Shown here in pieces: positions 1 through 11,929 of a stretch of DNA of 64,000 nucleotides. The DNA is taken from assembly GCA_030704615.1 (NCBI GenBank), contig CM060734.1:20212001-20276000 (forward strand), in the 5' to 3' direction. This DNA comes from Takakia lepidozioides. Lineage: Eukaryota > Plantae > Bryophyta. The position numbers and the translations under genes were made by a program. Position 1 is the first letter of the stretch. Each line of letters starts with the position of its first letter. The notes under the pieces are model-generated. The model searched no databases, was not told the DNA's origin, and worked only from the letters and a program-made list of their open reading frames with translations.

Positions 1-135
1 TTGATTCATTGGGACATAAGATATTTTAAAAGAGTTTGGTGAACCTCGGCTGTCCAGTGAACGTTCTTGTTCACTTGCCTTGGGTCGGTTTTTCCAATGC
101 ATTGTATTGTTCCATTTTTATCATCCTAAGTATGA

Positions 136-807
136 ATGACTCTCTGGCAGATTGGAGCACCTGTTTCTCCACCTGCGCAAGGGTTGCGTTTGATTATTTT
201 TGACGTGAATGGAGTCTTGTGCAAAATCTTGAAGCATCAGTATAGCTACAATGTCCCCCGATTTTCAGAAACAGACTACAGAATTCCAGCTCTTGTCGGA
301 TTCCGACTTATCTTTAGACGAGAGAAATATCGCGAAGTGTGGACAGAGTTGCACAAACATTTCCAGTTAGGGATTTGGAGCTCTATGCTGTACAAGAACT
401 TGCAGCCCATCCTGGATTTTTTGCTTCGTGGTCTCCCTCAACCGGCCTTCGCTATGTCTCAAGATGATTGTATTTCATGTCCTACTTCAGTTCACCCTCA
501 ATTCAAATCAGGATTGGACCCTCCTCATTTGTTCTTGAAGCCACTGGTGAAGGTCTGGCAGAGATTTGGTGGACAATACACCAAGAGTAACACTCTGCTC
601 ATTGACGACACCGCCATGAAGTGTGTATTGAACCCGCTCGACTCATGTCTTGTTCTCAAGCCGTTCCAGACCGTGGAGACTGATGGTTGCTATTTTCTCA
701 AGGTTTTTCAGACCTATTTGCTTGGAATGAGGAAACATCCCACTATTTCAAGCTATCTTAGGAAAAAAAAGGAGATGGTTGAGTCTTTTTCCCAATGTTT
801 CAAGTGA
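136..807 (+). CDS. FCP1/NIF (HAD-superfamily CTD-phosphatase-like) domain ORF, probably an internal exon
   Basis: LIIFDVNGVLC (HAD motif I variant), LGIWSS, FLKPLVKVW, NTLLIDD..K...NP. A splice acceptor (ctggcag) lies at about 150. Confidence 0.7.
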   Translation: MTLWQIGAPVSPPAQGLRLIIFDVNGVLCKILKHQYSYNVPRFSETDYRIPALVGFRLIFRREKYREVWTELHKHFQLGIWSSMLYKNLQPILDFLLRGLPQPAFAMSQDDCISCPTSVHPQFKSGLDPPHLFLKPLVKVWQRFGGQYTKSNTLLIDDTAMKCVLNPLDSCLVLKPFQTVETDGCYFLKVFQTYLLGMRKHPTISSYLRKKKEMVESFSQCFK

Positions 808-2370
808 TCCCAAGTTTAGGCCACTCTGGGATTATATTGAGGACAACGGTTTTAAGAGTCTCAGATATGATGCTTCAAAATAAAAATATTTTTGATCAAT
901 CCCCTCTTACTCGAGCTATTGAATATCTTCATGGTGTCTGATTTTCATTGCCTTGTAATCACACACGTATTAGATATGATACTCTCATTTTCACTCATTT
1001 GCTATTGAATTTTTTGACGCACATTCGAGGCAATCCCAAGACCAGAGCATACAGGCCTTCATATGGGGACATGACTATATCTAGTTACCTCCACTCTTTA
1101 GTGGAGGTTCACATTCCTACACTCCCGGATTGATGATTATGTCTCTTTGGCAGGTTCATGGAGATGCTAACGACGTCAACCGTTCCTCACGTCCCCTAAG
1201 GGAACCCTCCGGATCAGCAGTGCGTCGGAGTATTGAAGGCTTTCCGAGGGTTCAGGATGGTGCTCAAATTGAGGGTGGATCCTTGGTCAGACCCTTCTCC
1301 TCTCGGGAAGCAGGCGACACTCTTCTCCCCTCAGGTCCTCCTGGGTATAAAGTCCAAGGTGCAGGTGAAGAATAGAAATATGCCGAAAACTTTATCGACC
1401 TTACCCAACATTCCTCACCCTCCCCGTTCAGTACGCAGGGTCTGGTCTATCCAACCCAAAGGGCGACCGTCGAAGACTTGGCTACGGCTCCGCTGCACCT
1501 TGTTCCGTCTCTTCCTCGCATATCTCCCCAGCACGAGGGTTGGACAGCCCAAATCCACAGGAGTCAGGTGACTTAAACTCATTTCTCGCTCCTTGCTCAT
1601 TCTCCTAGTTTCACTTAGTTTGGGGTCTGATATTCATCTGTCACTCTAGGTCAGAAAATCTGCAGATTATGACCTTCCAAACGACGTCTGCATTAGAATG
1701 CAGTTCCGAGGTAAATTATTCCTTCGTTGCGTTTTCATTCCATCCAGGATGTCGAGTGCTCAAGGGACAATTTTCTATGCCTGCCTGTTGTTGCCCCTCT
1801 ACTCCCCCCGTCGTTCAATGGCAAAACATCTCCAACATCGACACAGCCTGACCCTGAATTGGTGGCACAATGTTTTGCACCAAAGATGCGAAAAAGAGCC
1901 CCCGACCCATTTCCTTCCTCTGCAAGAAATCTTTCCAACGGACAAAAGGCTGACAAGAAAAAAAGAGCGGACTCCAAACACATGAGGACTCCCTCGGATG
2001 TTGTGGCACCTCCTCAATCCAAGCCCGTGTGAATCCACTGTTCCTTTGCGAGACATTCAATGGTAAATTTCAAATCCATTTCTCCACTTTCGTTTGCAGT
2101 TTGTTTTGCGGTCCCAAACTAACTCCGTAATTTTTAAACAGGCGAGGATGGAGCCACATAACTTCTTGAATACGCCTCCCGACAAGGTATGTCCACGGAG
2201 CTCCACTTGACGGCCGACGTTCATCTTTTCATGATCTCTCCTGTTCGATATATCGTCTACTCTTGGGCCTATGTCTCGGCAAATGTAGAGGTCACTCTGA
2301 AACTAATAAACACTACATCGTGTTGTTGCTGACGGCGGGAACACTGAAATGATTTTCCTTAAATTGCGCA

Positions 2371-3121
2371 GAATGGCTTCGTCCATCAACCTTCATCTGC
2401 CACATCGGGGAAGAGGAAACGGATGTTATTAATATTGAATGTCAACGGACTCCTCTGCTATCGGCCACCTCCAACCGGCGGTGAATTGTTTAAGGAGAGA
2501 TTTCGTTTCAGGAAAGTTATAGTTCATGTTCCCGACACACCTTTTGTGGTTCCCCGGCCCGGAGTCTTAGAGTTTCTCAACCTTGCATTGATGCATTTTC
2601 ACGTGGCGATTTGGTCATGTGCTGAAAGAGATGTTCTTTGTAGGATGCTTGAGTGCTTAGTTCCCACGAAAATTGTGAAGAAGTTTTGTTTCATCTGGTC
2701 AGCTGAGGATTACAAAGACAATACTGGTTACATCATGCCTGGGATGAAATATCTCGTTAAGGATATTCGCACTGTTCTTGCCAAGTATCCTGGTGCACCC
2801 TTTGCAAACGTAGGGACAAATACTCCTTGTCGATGATGAGCCATCAAAGGGCCTCCGAAACCCACCAAATACTGGATTCTTCCCTATTTCATTCAAGCCA
2901 TCACCAAATGGCTTGGTTGACCAGGATGATATGACAAAAGCAGTGTGGCCATATATATTGAAGATGGCTGCAGCTTCAACAGTCGTAGATTACATCAGCG
3001 AGAACCCTGCCAAGTGTTCTCGTAAGCCTATTGGTCGCGACCACGCCTATTGGGCTTGGTATGTAAGATATGTTGATCCTCGTGTTTGGATCCCACAACA
3101 AAAGGAACCTGATTACCTTGG
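2371..3121 (+). pseudogene. Second FCP1/NIF-like domain, frameshifted
   Basis: LLILNVNGLLC, PRPGVLEFL, HVAIWS, LVKDI. After a frameshift near 2815 it continues ILLVDDEPSKGLRNPPNTG. AG at about 2370 and GT at about 3122. Confidence 0.6.
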
Positions 3122-3805
3122 TATGTACTTATCCCACTGTTTGTTGTTTATGGAGAAGTTGATCTTGACTTTCTACAAATCTTCCACATTTCAGCTGACA
3201 TTTGTCATATGAAAAATTATTTTGCCCAGTCACATTCAAGGAGCGAATTCGAAAAGAAGAAGAAGAGCTTCGTGATTGGCAAGAATGGTAACTGGCAGGC
3301 TTCAAGGGCATCAAGAGATTCAACAAGTAGAGTTCCAAGTAACATTTCAGATGATAATGTTACTAGGTTCGAGTTCTTTGAAAGTATTTTCGTTTCCTCT
3401 GGTGCGGAGACCGTTGTAAGTGGTTGTGGTAACCGGAGGCGTCTTCGAACACAAGCCTTGACTGCGAGCCGTTTGGAAGGAGGCTTTGTAATATTAATGG
3501 ATTGATGTAAGCCGTTGTATGGCTTCGAGCCAATAGATAACATTAAGTCCAATGTGAACGGATGTACAGTTGACGTTACATTATGTCTGACTGCAAACTG
3601 CCTAATGGCAGAATTCTGTTCTCTAGCTAGCTTCCATAGAAACCCACTGATTTTGGATGCCAATCTTTTCTCCACACGTCTTTCCAAACCATTTGCTAGG
3701 AACATGGAGCATTAGGCATATGACTCCACTTCTTGGTCCATTTGGCTTCCAATAAGTCCCCCAAGTTTGTGTGGCCCTTGTCCATTAGAGGGTGGTCTAG
3801 GAATT

Positions 3806-4136
3806 TGTCAAGTTATTTTACCACTAGTGTGAAGTTAGCTAGGAAATAGCTAGCTTTTATATATTGATATTTGGGATTGACCCAAGTGTCAATCCAGGGA
3901 CCAATACATGTTTGGGCACCTGACGTTGTTATCTTCACGGCAGATCGCGGTGGGCTCATCTTTCTCGAGTTGAGCCTCACCGCGCCTAGCTATGGCGCCG
4001 TAGTGTGGATTCCCCATGGCGTGGGGTGCACTTGGCTTGACTTGTATTTGAGTGATGAGTTTACATATGCATGAGTTTATGCTTCAGCTTTGTGAGCTCG
4101 CATGAGCTTGTGCTTGTATTCTTCTTCTTTATCACT
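3806..4136 (+). repeat. LTR segment B, 5' copy (promoter/R/U5 part)
   Basis: Matches 14022-14350 with 8 substitutions and one 2-bp indel (counted by eye). TATA-like TTTTATATA at about 3855. Confidence 0.92.
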
Positions 4137-4152
4137 CGAGAAAGATGAGTTC
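4134..4152 (+). promoter_or_regulatory. Putative self-priming primer-binding site
   Basis: ACTCGAGAAAGATGAG (4134-4149) is the exact reverse complement of CTCATCTTTCTCGAGT (3955-3970) inside the LTR. There is no TGG-type tRNA PBS. Confidence 0.7.
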
Positions 4153-4834
4153 GTATCTGTGAGTGCCAGATACGAGTTAGTTGTAGCACTTGTGGTTTTT
4201 GCTTGAGAATGAGAGAAACCAGGTTGTTATGCAAAGAGCACTGTGGAGCTCTTGGTTGTTAGAAGCGGAGGCGATGTGGGTTACGAGGTGGTAGACCTTG
4301 GCATTCGATCTTCAGCTTCAGAGATGAAAGCACCATACTGTAGGTAATTCCAGAGCACCTTGATGGTTTCAGATCGTGTACATGCATGAGCAAGCACGAT
4401 TGGGAAGAGGACCAGTCAAGAGCAGGTTATAGTGGCTTTGGTGGCAAAGCTAAGAACTGGACTTGAGAATGCGAGCTTTCATTGTGTGAAGGATTGCAAG
4501 ACCAAGCGAAAGGGCTGATTTGGCTTGGGGCAAATCAGTGCACTTTGTGGAGTATGTTGAGAGTGGGTTTCAATCTCGAGCTTCAGCATTGAGAGGGCTC
4601 TTGTCATGGCAAGAGCAGGGCTGGAACAGGAGCTAAGAGGTGCGGCAAAGCCATGGAATGTGCACCTAGGGTTTCAGAGCTTGGAAGAAGAGCTCTTGCA
4701 CCACAAGAAGAGTGTCTTGTGGCTGGAAATATAAGCCTTAGGGTTTCAGGAGCTTGGCAAAGGCTGTGGAGTGCTTAGTCTTGTCTTAGAGAGCATCAAG
4801 GAGCCAAGGAGCCAAGATAGGGGGTTGATACCTC

Positions 4835-5270
4835 TTGTATGAAGAGGTTGCATGTGTGGAGCATGTATTCAGCTCATTGAAGCTTCCATCTTCAAGCTTG
4901 GAGGGCAAGCAAAGAAGAGGAAAGGGCTGACTTCCCTTATGTGAGAGCAATGCATGTGTGGAGCATGCTTTCAGCCTGTTGAAGGCTTGTACTTTTCAGG
5001 TTTGGGAGTGCAAGAAAGGAAGGAAGGGGCTGGTTTCCTTGTAGGGCATGTGTGGAGCATGCTTCCAGCCCGCTGAAGCGTGTATTTTCAGGTTGGTGGG
5101 TGCAAGAAAGAAAGCAAAGGGGCTGATTCACTGGTGGTGAGAGTGGGGCATGTGTGGAGCATGCCTTCAGTCCATTGGGCTTTTGTTTTCAAGCTTTAGA
5201 GAACTAGAAGAGAAAGTAAGGGGCTGATCTGCTCTTATGTGATAGTCCGACACTTGTAGAGCGTGTTCTG
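4835..5270 (+). repeat. Degenerate ~100-bp tandem repeat (4-5 units) in the retroelement leader
   Basis: GCATGTGTGGAGCATG at 4850, 4952, 5046 and 5148, each followed by a similar ...AAGGGGCTGA segment. Confidence 0.8.
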
Positions 5271-5669
5271 AGTTGGGGTTTCAACCTCAAGCCTAGATAG
5301 AGCATGGCTCTTGAAGTGGCAGGTGTAGGGGGCTGGAATAGGCTCTAAGACAGATGCTATGGCCAAGGAAAACGCTTGAATGAGTGCTCACAAGGGCTGG
5401 AAACCAGCAAGGCTTGGTTGTTTGCCATTGAGTTTAGTGGCGTGTTTGGGGAGTCTAAGTGAGAAAAAAGGCTTGGTTTGTGGCAACCATCTTCCTCATG
5501 GCTTAGGGCTACTATTGGTGGTGTGTGGGAGCCGAAAGAGCAAGAATACCTTGCTAATTTCTTCACAGCCACCATAGCTCGGTGCAAAGAAGCCTAGAGT
5601 CCAAGAGACACAAACCCTAGCTTGGCGTGGCTAAACCCCTTGGAGAAATGGCTAAACTGTCATGAGTGG

Positions 5670-6560
5670 CCTGTGGGGCTGTGACAGGTTGTGGCCTGTG
5701 GCCTGTGGGGTTGTGACGGGCTATGAGGGGCTGTGACAGGCTGTGGCCTGTGGCCTGTGGGGCTGTGATGGGTTGTGACAGGCTGTGGCGAGCTGTGACG
5801 GGTTGTGAGGGGTTGTGACAGGTTGTGGCGAGCTGTGACGGGCTGTGAGAGGTTGTGACAGGCTGTGCCCAGTGGCCTGTGGGGCTGTGAGGGGCTGTGA
5901 GGGGCTGTGACAGGCTGTGACAGGCTGTGATGGGCTGTGATGGGCTGTGGCGGGCTGTGACAGACTGTGACAGGCTGTGGTGGGCTGTGCCCTGTGGCCT
6001 GTGGGGCTGTGAGGGGCTGTGAGGGGTTGTGGCCTTTGGGGCTGTGACCCCTGTGACCTGTGTAGGGCTGTGACAGGCTGTGCCATGTGGCCTGTGGGGG
6101 CTGTGAGGGGCTGTGAGGGGCTGTGACAGGCTGTGCCCTGTGGCCTGTGGGGCTGTGAGGGGCTGTGAGGGGCTGTGACAGGTTGTGGCGGGCTGTGAGG
6201 CTGTGCCCTGTGGCCTGTGGGGCTGTGAGGGGCTGTGGCCTTTGGGGCTGTGACCCCTATTACCTGTGTAGGGCTGTGACAGGCTGTGCCATGTGGCCTG
6301 TGGGGCTGTGACGGGTTGTGAGGGGCTGTGACAGGATGTGGCGGGCTGGGGCAGGCTGTGCCCTGTGGCCTGTGGGGCTGTGACGGGCTGTGCCCTGTGG
6401 CCTATGGGGCTGTGAGGGGCTGTGACAGGCTGTGGCTTTTGGGGCTGTGACCCTGTGACCTTTGTAGGGCTGTGACAGGCAGCGGCCTGTGGGGCTATGA
6501 CCCTGTGACCTGTGTAGGGCTGTGACAGGCTGTGGCCTGTGTGGGGCTGTGACGGCTGTG
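5670..6560 (+). repeat. GGCTGTG-based minisatellite (~0.9 kb) in the retroelement leader
   Basis: Dozens of 7-10-bp units such as GGCTGTGACA, GGCTGTGAGG and GGCCTGTG. Confidence 0.93.
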
Positions 6561-7386
6561 ATCAGTGAGCTGTGTGGGCCTATGCTGGTCTGTGGTGGCC
6601 CGTGTTGACCTGTGGATGGCCTGTGCTGACTTGTGGAGGTACTGGTGGACTGCCTAAGGACTGGCATGTGGTCTTGAAGGCCGAATTTTGAAGCTCGTGG
6701 AGGGCGGTTTGAGGAGTATCTTCATGATATTCCCATGGTCATGCAAGTGAGGGAAGAGAGAAGAAGAAGAGTGTTGGGATGAGGGCATGCTGGGGTTAGG
6801 CATTGTTTTAGCTTCTCTTCCTCGTAGTTTCCACCCTCTCATTAGGCCAAGACCTTTCCGTAGGTGGAGGCAAGAGTCAGTCTGGGTTTGGGCTGGGGTG
6901 TCCTTGCAGGAGCAACACCGTGGAGTTGTTTTTGGTGTGGGGGAGTTGTCATTCTGATTTCTTGTGTTTGGATCCCCTCCATACCTGCATGCTTGACTGT
7001 GCGCCATGCTAGTTTTGTGTGGGCGCTTGTTTTTATAGGTGATTGGTCCGGATTTGATTACCGGCCAGTCCTAAAGCATGCTGTCGATGGTGAGGCTAGG
7101 CTAATGACCAGCTAAACCATCATTGTTTCTCATGTGGTGAGGTTGGAGGTGATGACCAGTCAACCATAGGAGTGCTTGCGGTGGATGCAGGTACAGATGT
7201 AGGCTATGTTAGGAACCTAGTATTCCAAACCATAAGCCGCAACAAATTCTCTACCCGGTTACCTTGTAGAGAGGGGGTTAGGGACATGTTCATGACCGGT
7301 TGAGTGTCAACACGGAGGTGCCACTAGTTGCTGGGGACAGTGCCGGTTCGAGCACTAGCGATACTAGTGGGTACACGAGATGAGGT

Positions 7387-8593
7387 GTGCGGTTTAGACC
7401 ACCTTCACCTCCTGTGTCTTCTACGGAAGGTTCTGATTTGGATTGTGAATCAGGAGGACTCATACCGGCGGTGCAAGTTGTTTCCTTGTCATTGTTGTGG
7501 GACACAATGGAGGAGATGTATGGAGCTACCAAGGGGCCACGAAGGTACTCTGGGGCGGTGGGCACCATCGAAATGGATGATTTTATCCAAGAGTTTGATA
7601 GTTGGCGTGATTTGCAGCAAATGCGCAATCCACAACTATTTACCCCTTTCATGGCATGGAAGGGGCTGTTTCAGCACTTTGAGGGGCCACTTATGGATGA
7701 TTACCATGAGTCCAGGCGGGGGCATGAGGTTGAGATCGAGGAGTGGAGGATGTACTGGTCACCCGACTATGTCTCCATCACTAGGGGCACTAGGGTCACG
7801 AGGGCAGTGGCTATACTTGCCGCTGCACCGGCAGCTTCAGCAAGTAGCAGTGGGACTGGTGGGACAGGTGGTACCGTAGCCACGACGTCCACCCAAGCCA
7901 CTACCGCACCAGCACCAGTATCCATGCATGCCTTCAACCCTGTTGTGGAGTTCTTCGAAGAGTTGAGAGGGAACTACCAAGGGGTGAGGACAGAGAAGTT
8001 GCGGAGCTTGCAAGAGTTCCAATGGAAGCCTACTGAGAGCTTGAGGGAGGCTTTCACTCGCATGAGGCGCTTGATAAATGTAACCCAAGGGGTTACGGAA
8101 GCTCAGGCAGTCCAATTCTGGTATGGGATATTGGACGAGGAGCTGAGGAGAAGGGGTGCGGGATGCAACTCTCCTACAAACGGCCCAACCCACCTTAGCA
8201 AATGTGTTTTTGCTGGCAGAGCGGATAGAGCTCAACATGGTGGAGGAATGAGTGGTCATGGTAGGATTTGCTAAGGAGACACCACGGGGTAGTGGTGCTC
8301 CTAGCCAACCACTACCTCAACGTGCTCAAGGCAACAATGGGGCTTAGATGAAGCTCAGGGAAGGGCAGAGAGGACCTGAGATGCAGGGGTCTCTCCCTTC
8401 ATTTGCAGGCCAACAACGGGCGGATGTGGTGTGTTGGACATGTGGAGGACCCCACGTCAAGAAGGATTGTCCAGAGGGAGACAAAGGGCCGGCACATGCA
8501 CAGCCTGCACAGTTGCAGTGTGGGCATTGTGGCAAGCACGGGCATGGAGAGGCCCAGTGTTATGGTTTGCATCCCGAGTTGCGCCCAGGCTAG
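7387..8593 (+). pseudogene. gag: Gag (capsid-like region plus two CCHC-type zinc knuckles), frameshifted
   Basis: KLRSLQEFQWKPTESLREAFTRM (major homology region-like), CWTCGGPHVKKDC and CGHCGKHGHGEAQC. Confidence 0.85.
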
Positions 8594-9381
8594 TTCCAAG
8601 GGAACAATGGTGGCCGGGGGCGAGGGGGAGCAGCCCAAAGAAGACGAGGTGGCCAGGCACGGGGTGTAGGCCAAGGGCAAGCTCAACATGGCCAAGGACG
8701 CGGAGGTCAGGGTGTTGACCAAGGCATGGCCAACCGGCTTCAGCAGCTAGAGCAGAGGCTCGCTGCCATGACTACAGCTCAGGTGGTACCGGCTCCAAGG
8801 CCGGATGGTCCACCTCCTGCTCCTGAGGGAGGAGATATGGGAGGTATGGGATTCATGTGCGGAGCAGCACTACCACTAGTGCAGGTGGAGTCTGCTGTAG
8901 CCGTGACTCGAGGAGCAGCACGAGTTCCAAAGCCATGAGGTGCAGAGGTGGAGTTGGATCCACAGCGTGGGGAGGCAAGCCGTCAGGCTAGGCTCCCTCA
9001 GTCATTCACATTGGCGGAGACAGTGTCGACGCCATCCATGGCACCTAGTTCTCGCCCGACTGTTACCGAGGCGGAGGTTACTACATCATTGAGGAGAGCT
9101 ACACGGGTAGCACCACTACCTAGTGTTGCCAAGGCTACGGCAGCTAGTGTGTTGCTCGGAGCGGCCACATCTGTGTGTCAAGCTCCATTGTTCTCGGCTA
9201 CCATGATTGCGATGCCGGAGGTAAGACCAGCTGAGGTGTTCAGGCAGGCACCTACACTCTGTGAGAGTGAGGAGGTTACTTCATCTTCTATGGAGATAGT
9301 GGGAGGTGTAGTGCCGGAGGGATCCTCGGATTTGAGGGTCAAGACTGTCACGACGGCGCCAGGCAAGCTGCAGCTGCCAGG

Positions 9382-9830
9382 TTGATGGAGCTGCCAGCTA
9401 GGCCAGCCATTGAGCGCGCCATGGTGACACCTGGAGTTGTCATGTTAGACAACCAGGATGACATTTTCTGTTTGAGTGGACCGGCAGGCAAGAGGTACCG
9501 GCCACTACGGGTCTTGTTGGATTCAGGAGCTCAGCCATTGATGCTGGGCAGAGCTGCTATTGCAGGCTTGAGCCTCACGGAGGTGGATATGGAGCCTTGT
9601 CCTTTCAGATACAGACGTCTTTGGGAGGATCGGGGCAGGCTCGGGGCATGACACGACATGAGTTGGCTATCAGACTACGGCCGGATCACCCTACAGATGG
9701 CTCAGTGATGCGAGCCAAGGCCATTGTGACAGACGCGGTCTCATACGATGTCGTGGTTGGTGGGGCAATGTTGTATCCCATGGGCTTCACCCTGGATTTT
9801 TGGGAGGAGTCAGCTTCCTATAGGCCTGGA
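9382..9830 (+). pseudogene. Retroviral-type aspartic protease (pol), frameshifted near 9600
   Basis: VLLDSGAQ catalytic motif, and YDVVVGGAML (D-hydrophobic-G motif) in the next frame. Confidence 0.85.
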
Positions 9831-10232
9831 TGGCAGTCAGGGGAGGGCCGGCATGTGCAGCTCCCTGTGACGTTTATAGGAGGAGTTGCGGTTGCCCAGC
9901 GGGGCAAGATGCCGACACTAGCAGCATTCACAGCTGCAGTGACTTGGCCTGGAGAGTTGCTTGAGGGAAACGCTCATTCAGAGGATGACATATCTCCAGG
10001 AGAACAGGATGACATGTATGATATGGCGGAGTTGCCTGCCATGGTTGCTCAGACTCCATTGTGGGGCACGAGCAAGGATTTGCAGCGGGTTGCTGATCGA
10101 CGGGTGCAACAAGCCTGGGTGGAGGCTTTTGTACCATCAGGAGAGGAGGAGAGTGCGGGGATTGCACCAGGACCACCTCAGTTGTTTCCATTGGACACCG
10201 CACCTATTGTGTGGCAGTATCCGGATGAAGAC

Positions 10233-11190
10233 ATTTGTCTTCTGGACTTGTTTGGCGGGATCAGCACCAGATTGGCTGCTGTGTTACAGGCAGGTGTACG
10301 AGTTCGGCGTTACCTGTATATGGAGAGGGATGAGACTGCACGACGCGTTTCACTTCGCCATGTTGCTCAGTTGGTGCAGCGGTACCCTGAGTTGTTGCCG
10401 GTGGCTGCGGTTCGTTGATATCAGCAGGCCTTGCTAGCAGACATTTCGTTGCTGGGGGCGCAGGATTTGGAGCGGGTTGGCTCCATTGATCTGGTAGTGG
10501 CAGGTTGGCCCTACCAAGGGCATTCATCAGCCGGGCATGACAATGGATTGCGAGACTCGAGGTCGGGTCTGTTTTGGGAGATGGTGCGGGTTTTGCGCCA
10601 CTTGCAGCTTCATCAAGCTGTATCTCCAGCATACATCTTGGAGAATGTACCACTGATGGGCGATTCTCGGGCCAGGATGCTGGCCAGTGTGCATCAAGTC
10701 TGGTCGTGGCTTGGGTCAGCAGTGTTGTTGGATGCAGTTGCAGTGGGGTCACGGGCTCATCGTCCACGGTTATGGTGGACTAACTTGATGCCACCCGCAC
10801 TGCTTAAGCGTGCATTTGATGGGGTGCAGCGGCCAGCACACCTCACAGTGGATAGCATTTTGGACACAGGGAGGCAGTCTCAGCGAGTGAGACACGATGA
10901 TCGTTCGCCTTTGGCAGTGGTCAACAAGGTGGGTCAACAAGGTGGATCAATCACGAGCAGCACTACCTACACTGCTCAGCTTCCCAGGATCGCATGCTTT
11001 CCGGGATAATGGACCTGGCCTCCTGTGGGATGCTCAGTTGCAGCAATTAGTGGAGCCTAATGCCGACGAGCGAGAGCGGGCTATGGGTTTTTCCACTGGG
11101 ACCTCGACGGTGCCTTCTCTTTCTAAGACATCACGTCGTCAGGTGTTGGGGCAAGCAATGGATCTAAATTGCTTGACCTGGATTATCAAC
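10233..11190 (+). pseudogene. C5 DNA cytosine methyltransferase domain (DNMT3-like) within pol
   Basis: Motifs in order: I LDLFGGI, II YMERD, III ADI, IV DLVVAGWPYQG (PCQ->PYQ), V SGLFWEMVR, VI YILENV, VIII AHRPRLWWTN, IX ERERAMGF, X RQVLGQAM. In-frame stop at 10416 and a 13-bp duplication frameshift near 10925-10945. Confidence 0.9.
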
Positions 11191-11579
11191 TTGGCTATGG
11201 GTGAGCAACGAAGAGTGCGGAGTGCACTTCCCTTGACGGTCTCTCTGCCTACCGAGACGGTACAGGCAGTGAATGGGGGCGAGCCGGTGAGGACCACAGG
11301 GTGTAGACATCCATGGCACACGTGGGAAGTGCTCGAGGTTTAGAGGGAGTTGGCAGCCAAGGCGGCTGTGATGGATGAGGTTGGGGATTCTTCTCGGGTT
11401 GAGGAGGTCCTCAAGGATGAGATGATGGGGCAGGATGAGGCCTTGTCATTGACTGAGCAGGCAGGGAGTTTTGCTCAAGAGGTTGCGGCATAACAACCAC
11501 GGGACACGTCCTCTACCTCTAAGTCTGCTGGACTTAAGGTTGCAGTTACGAAGGGCAATTGGGAGCCTGACATTGGACC

Positions 11580-11745
11580 AATTGTCACTAGAGGAGAGAG
11601 ACGACGTATACGGCGGTTCCTGAGGCTTACAGGAATTGCTTTGCCTCTCGTGCTACGGTGGAGGAGCATGAGAGACATGTTCAGGTTGTGCATCGACCGG
11701 GTTTGGTCAATAGGGATGCGGATGGATTGAGTCGCAATCCATGCA
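11580..11745 (+). pseudogene. Fused remnants of the pre-RT region, RT and the RNase H C-terminus
   Basis: One frame reads EAYRNCFA-SRATVEEHERHVQ-VVHRPGLVNRDADGLSRNP. No YxDD motif or RNase H core is present. Confidence 0.7.
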
Positions 11746-11929
11746 CGAGCCAGCAGGATGACACTGGAGCTCGGTGGCATGGTGAGACGGACGAGGAGAT
11801 GGTGTCGGGATGACATGCATCTGCCTTTTTGTGTATCTTGGCATCGGGAGGTCAGGTTGGACCTACAACAAGGATGACTGTAGACAGAGTGTCTGAGGAC
11901 CCTGAGGCTAGTGATGAGCCAGGTGGTGC

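Noticed and set aside
5721-6667. Minus-strand ORFs rich in SQP/TACH repeats
   Set aside because: They are translations of the GGCTGTG minisatellite.
10233-11190. Bacterial restriction-modification methylase or contamination
   Set aside because: The domain is in frame with the retro-protease, lies inside the LTR-bounded unit and has no cognate nuclease.
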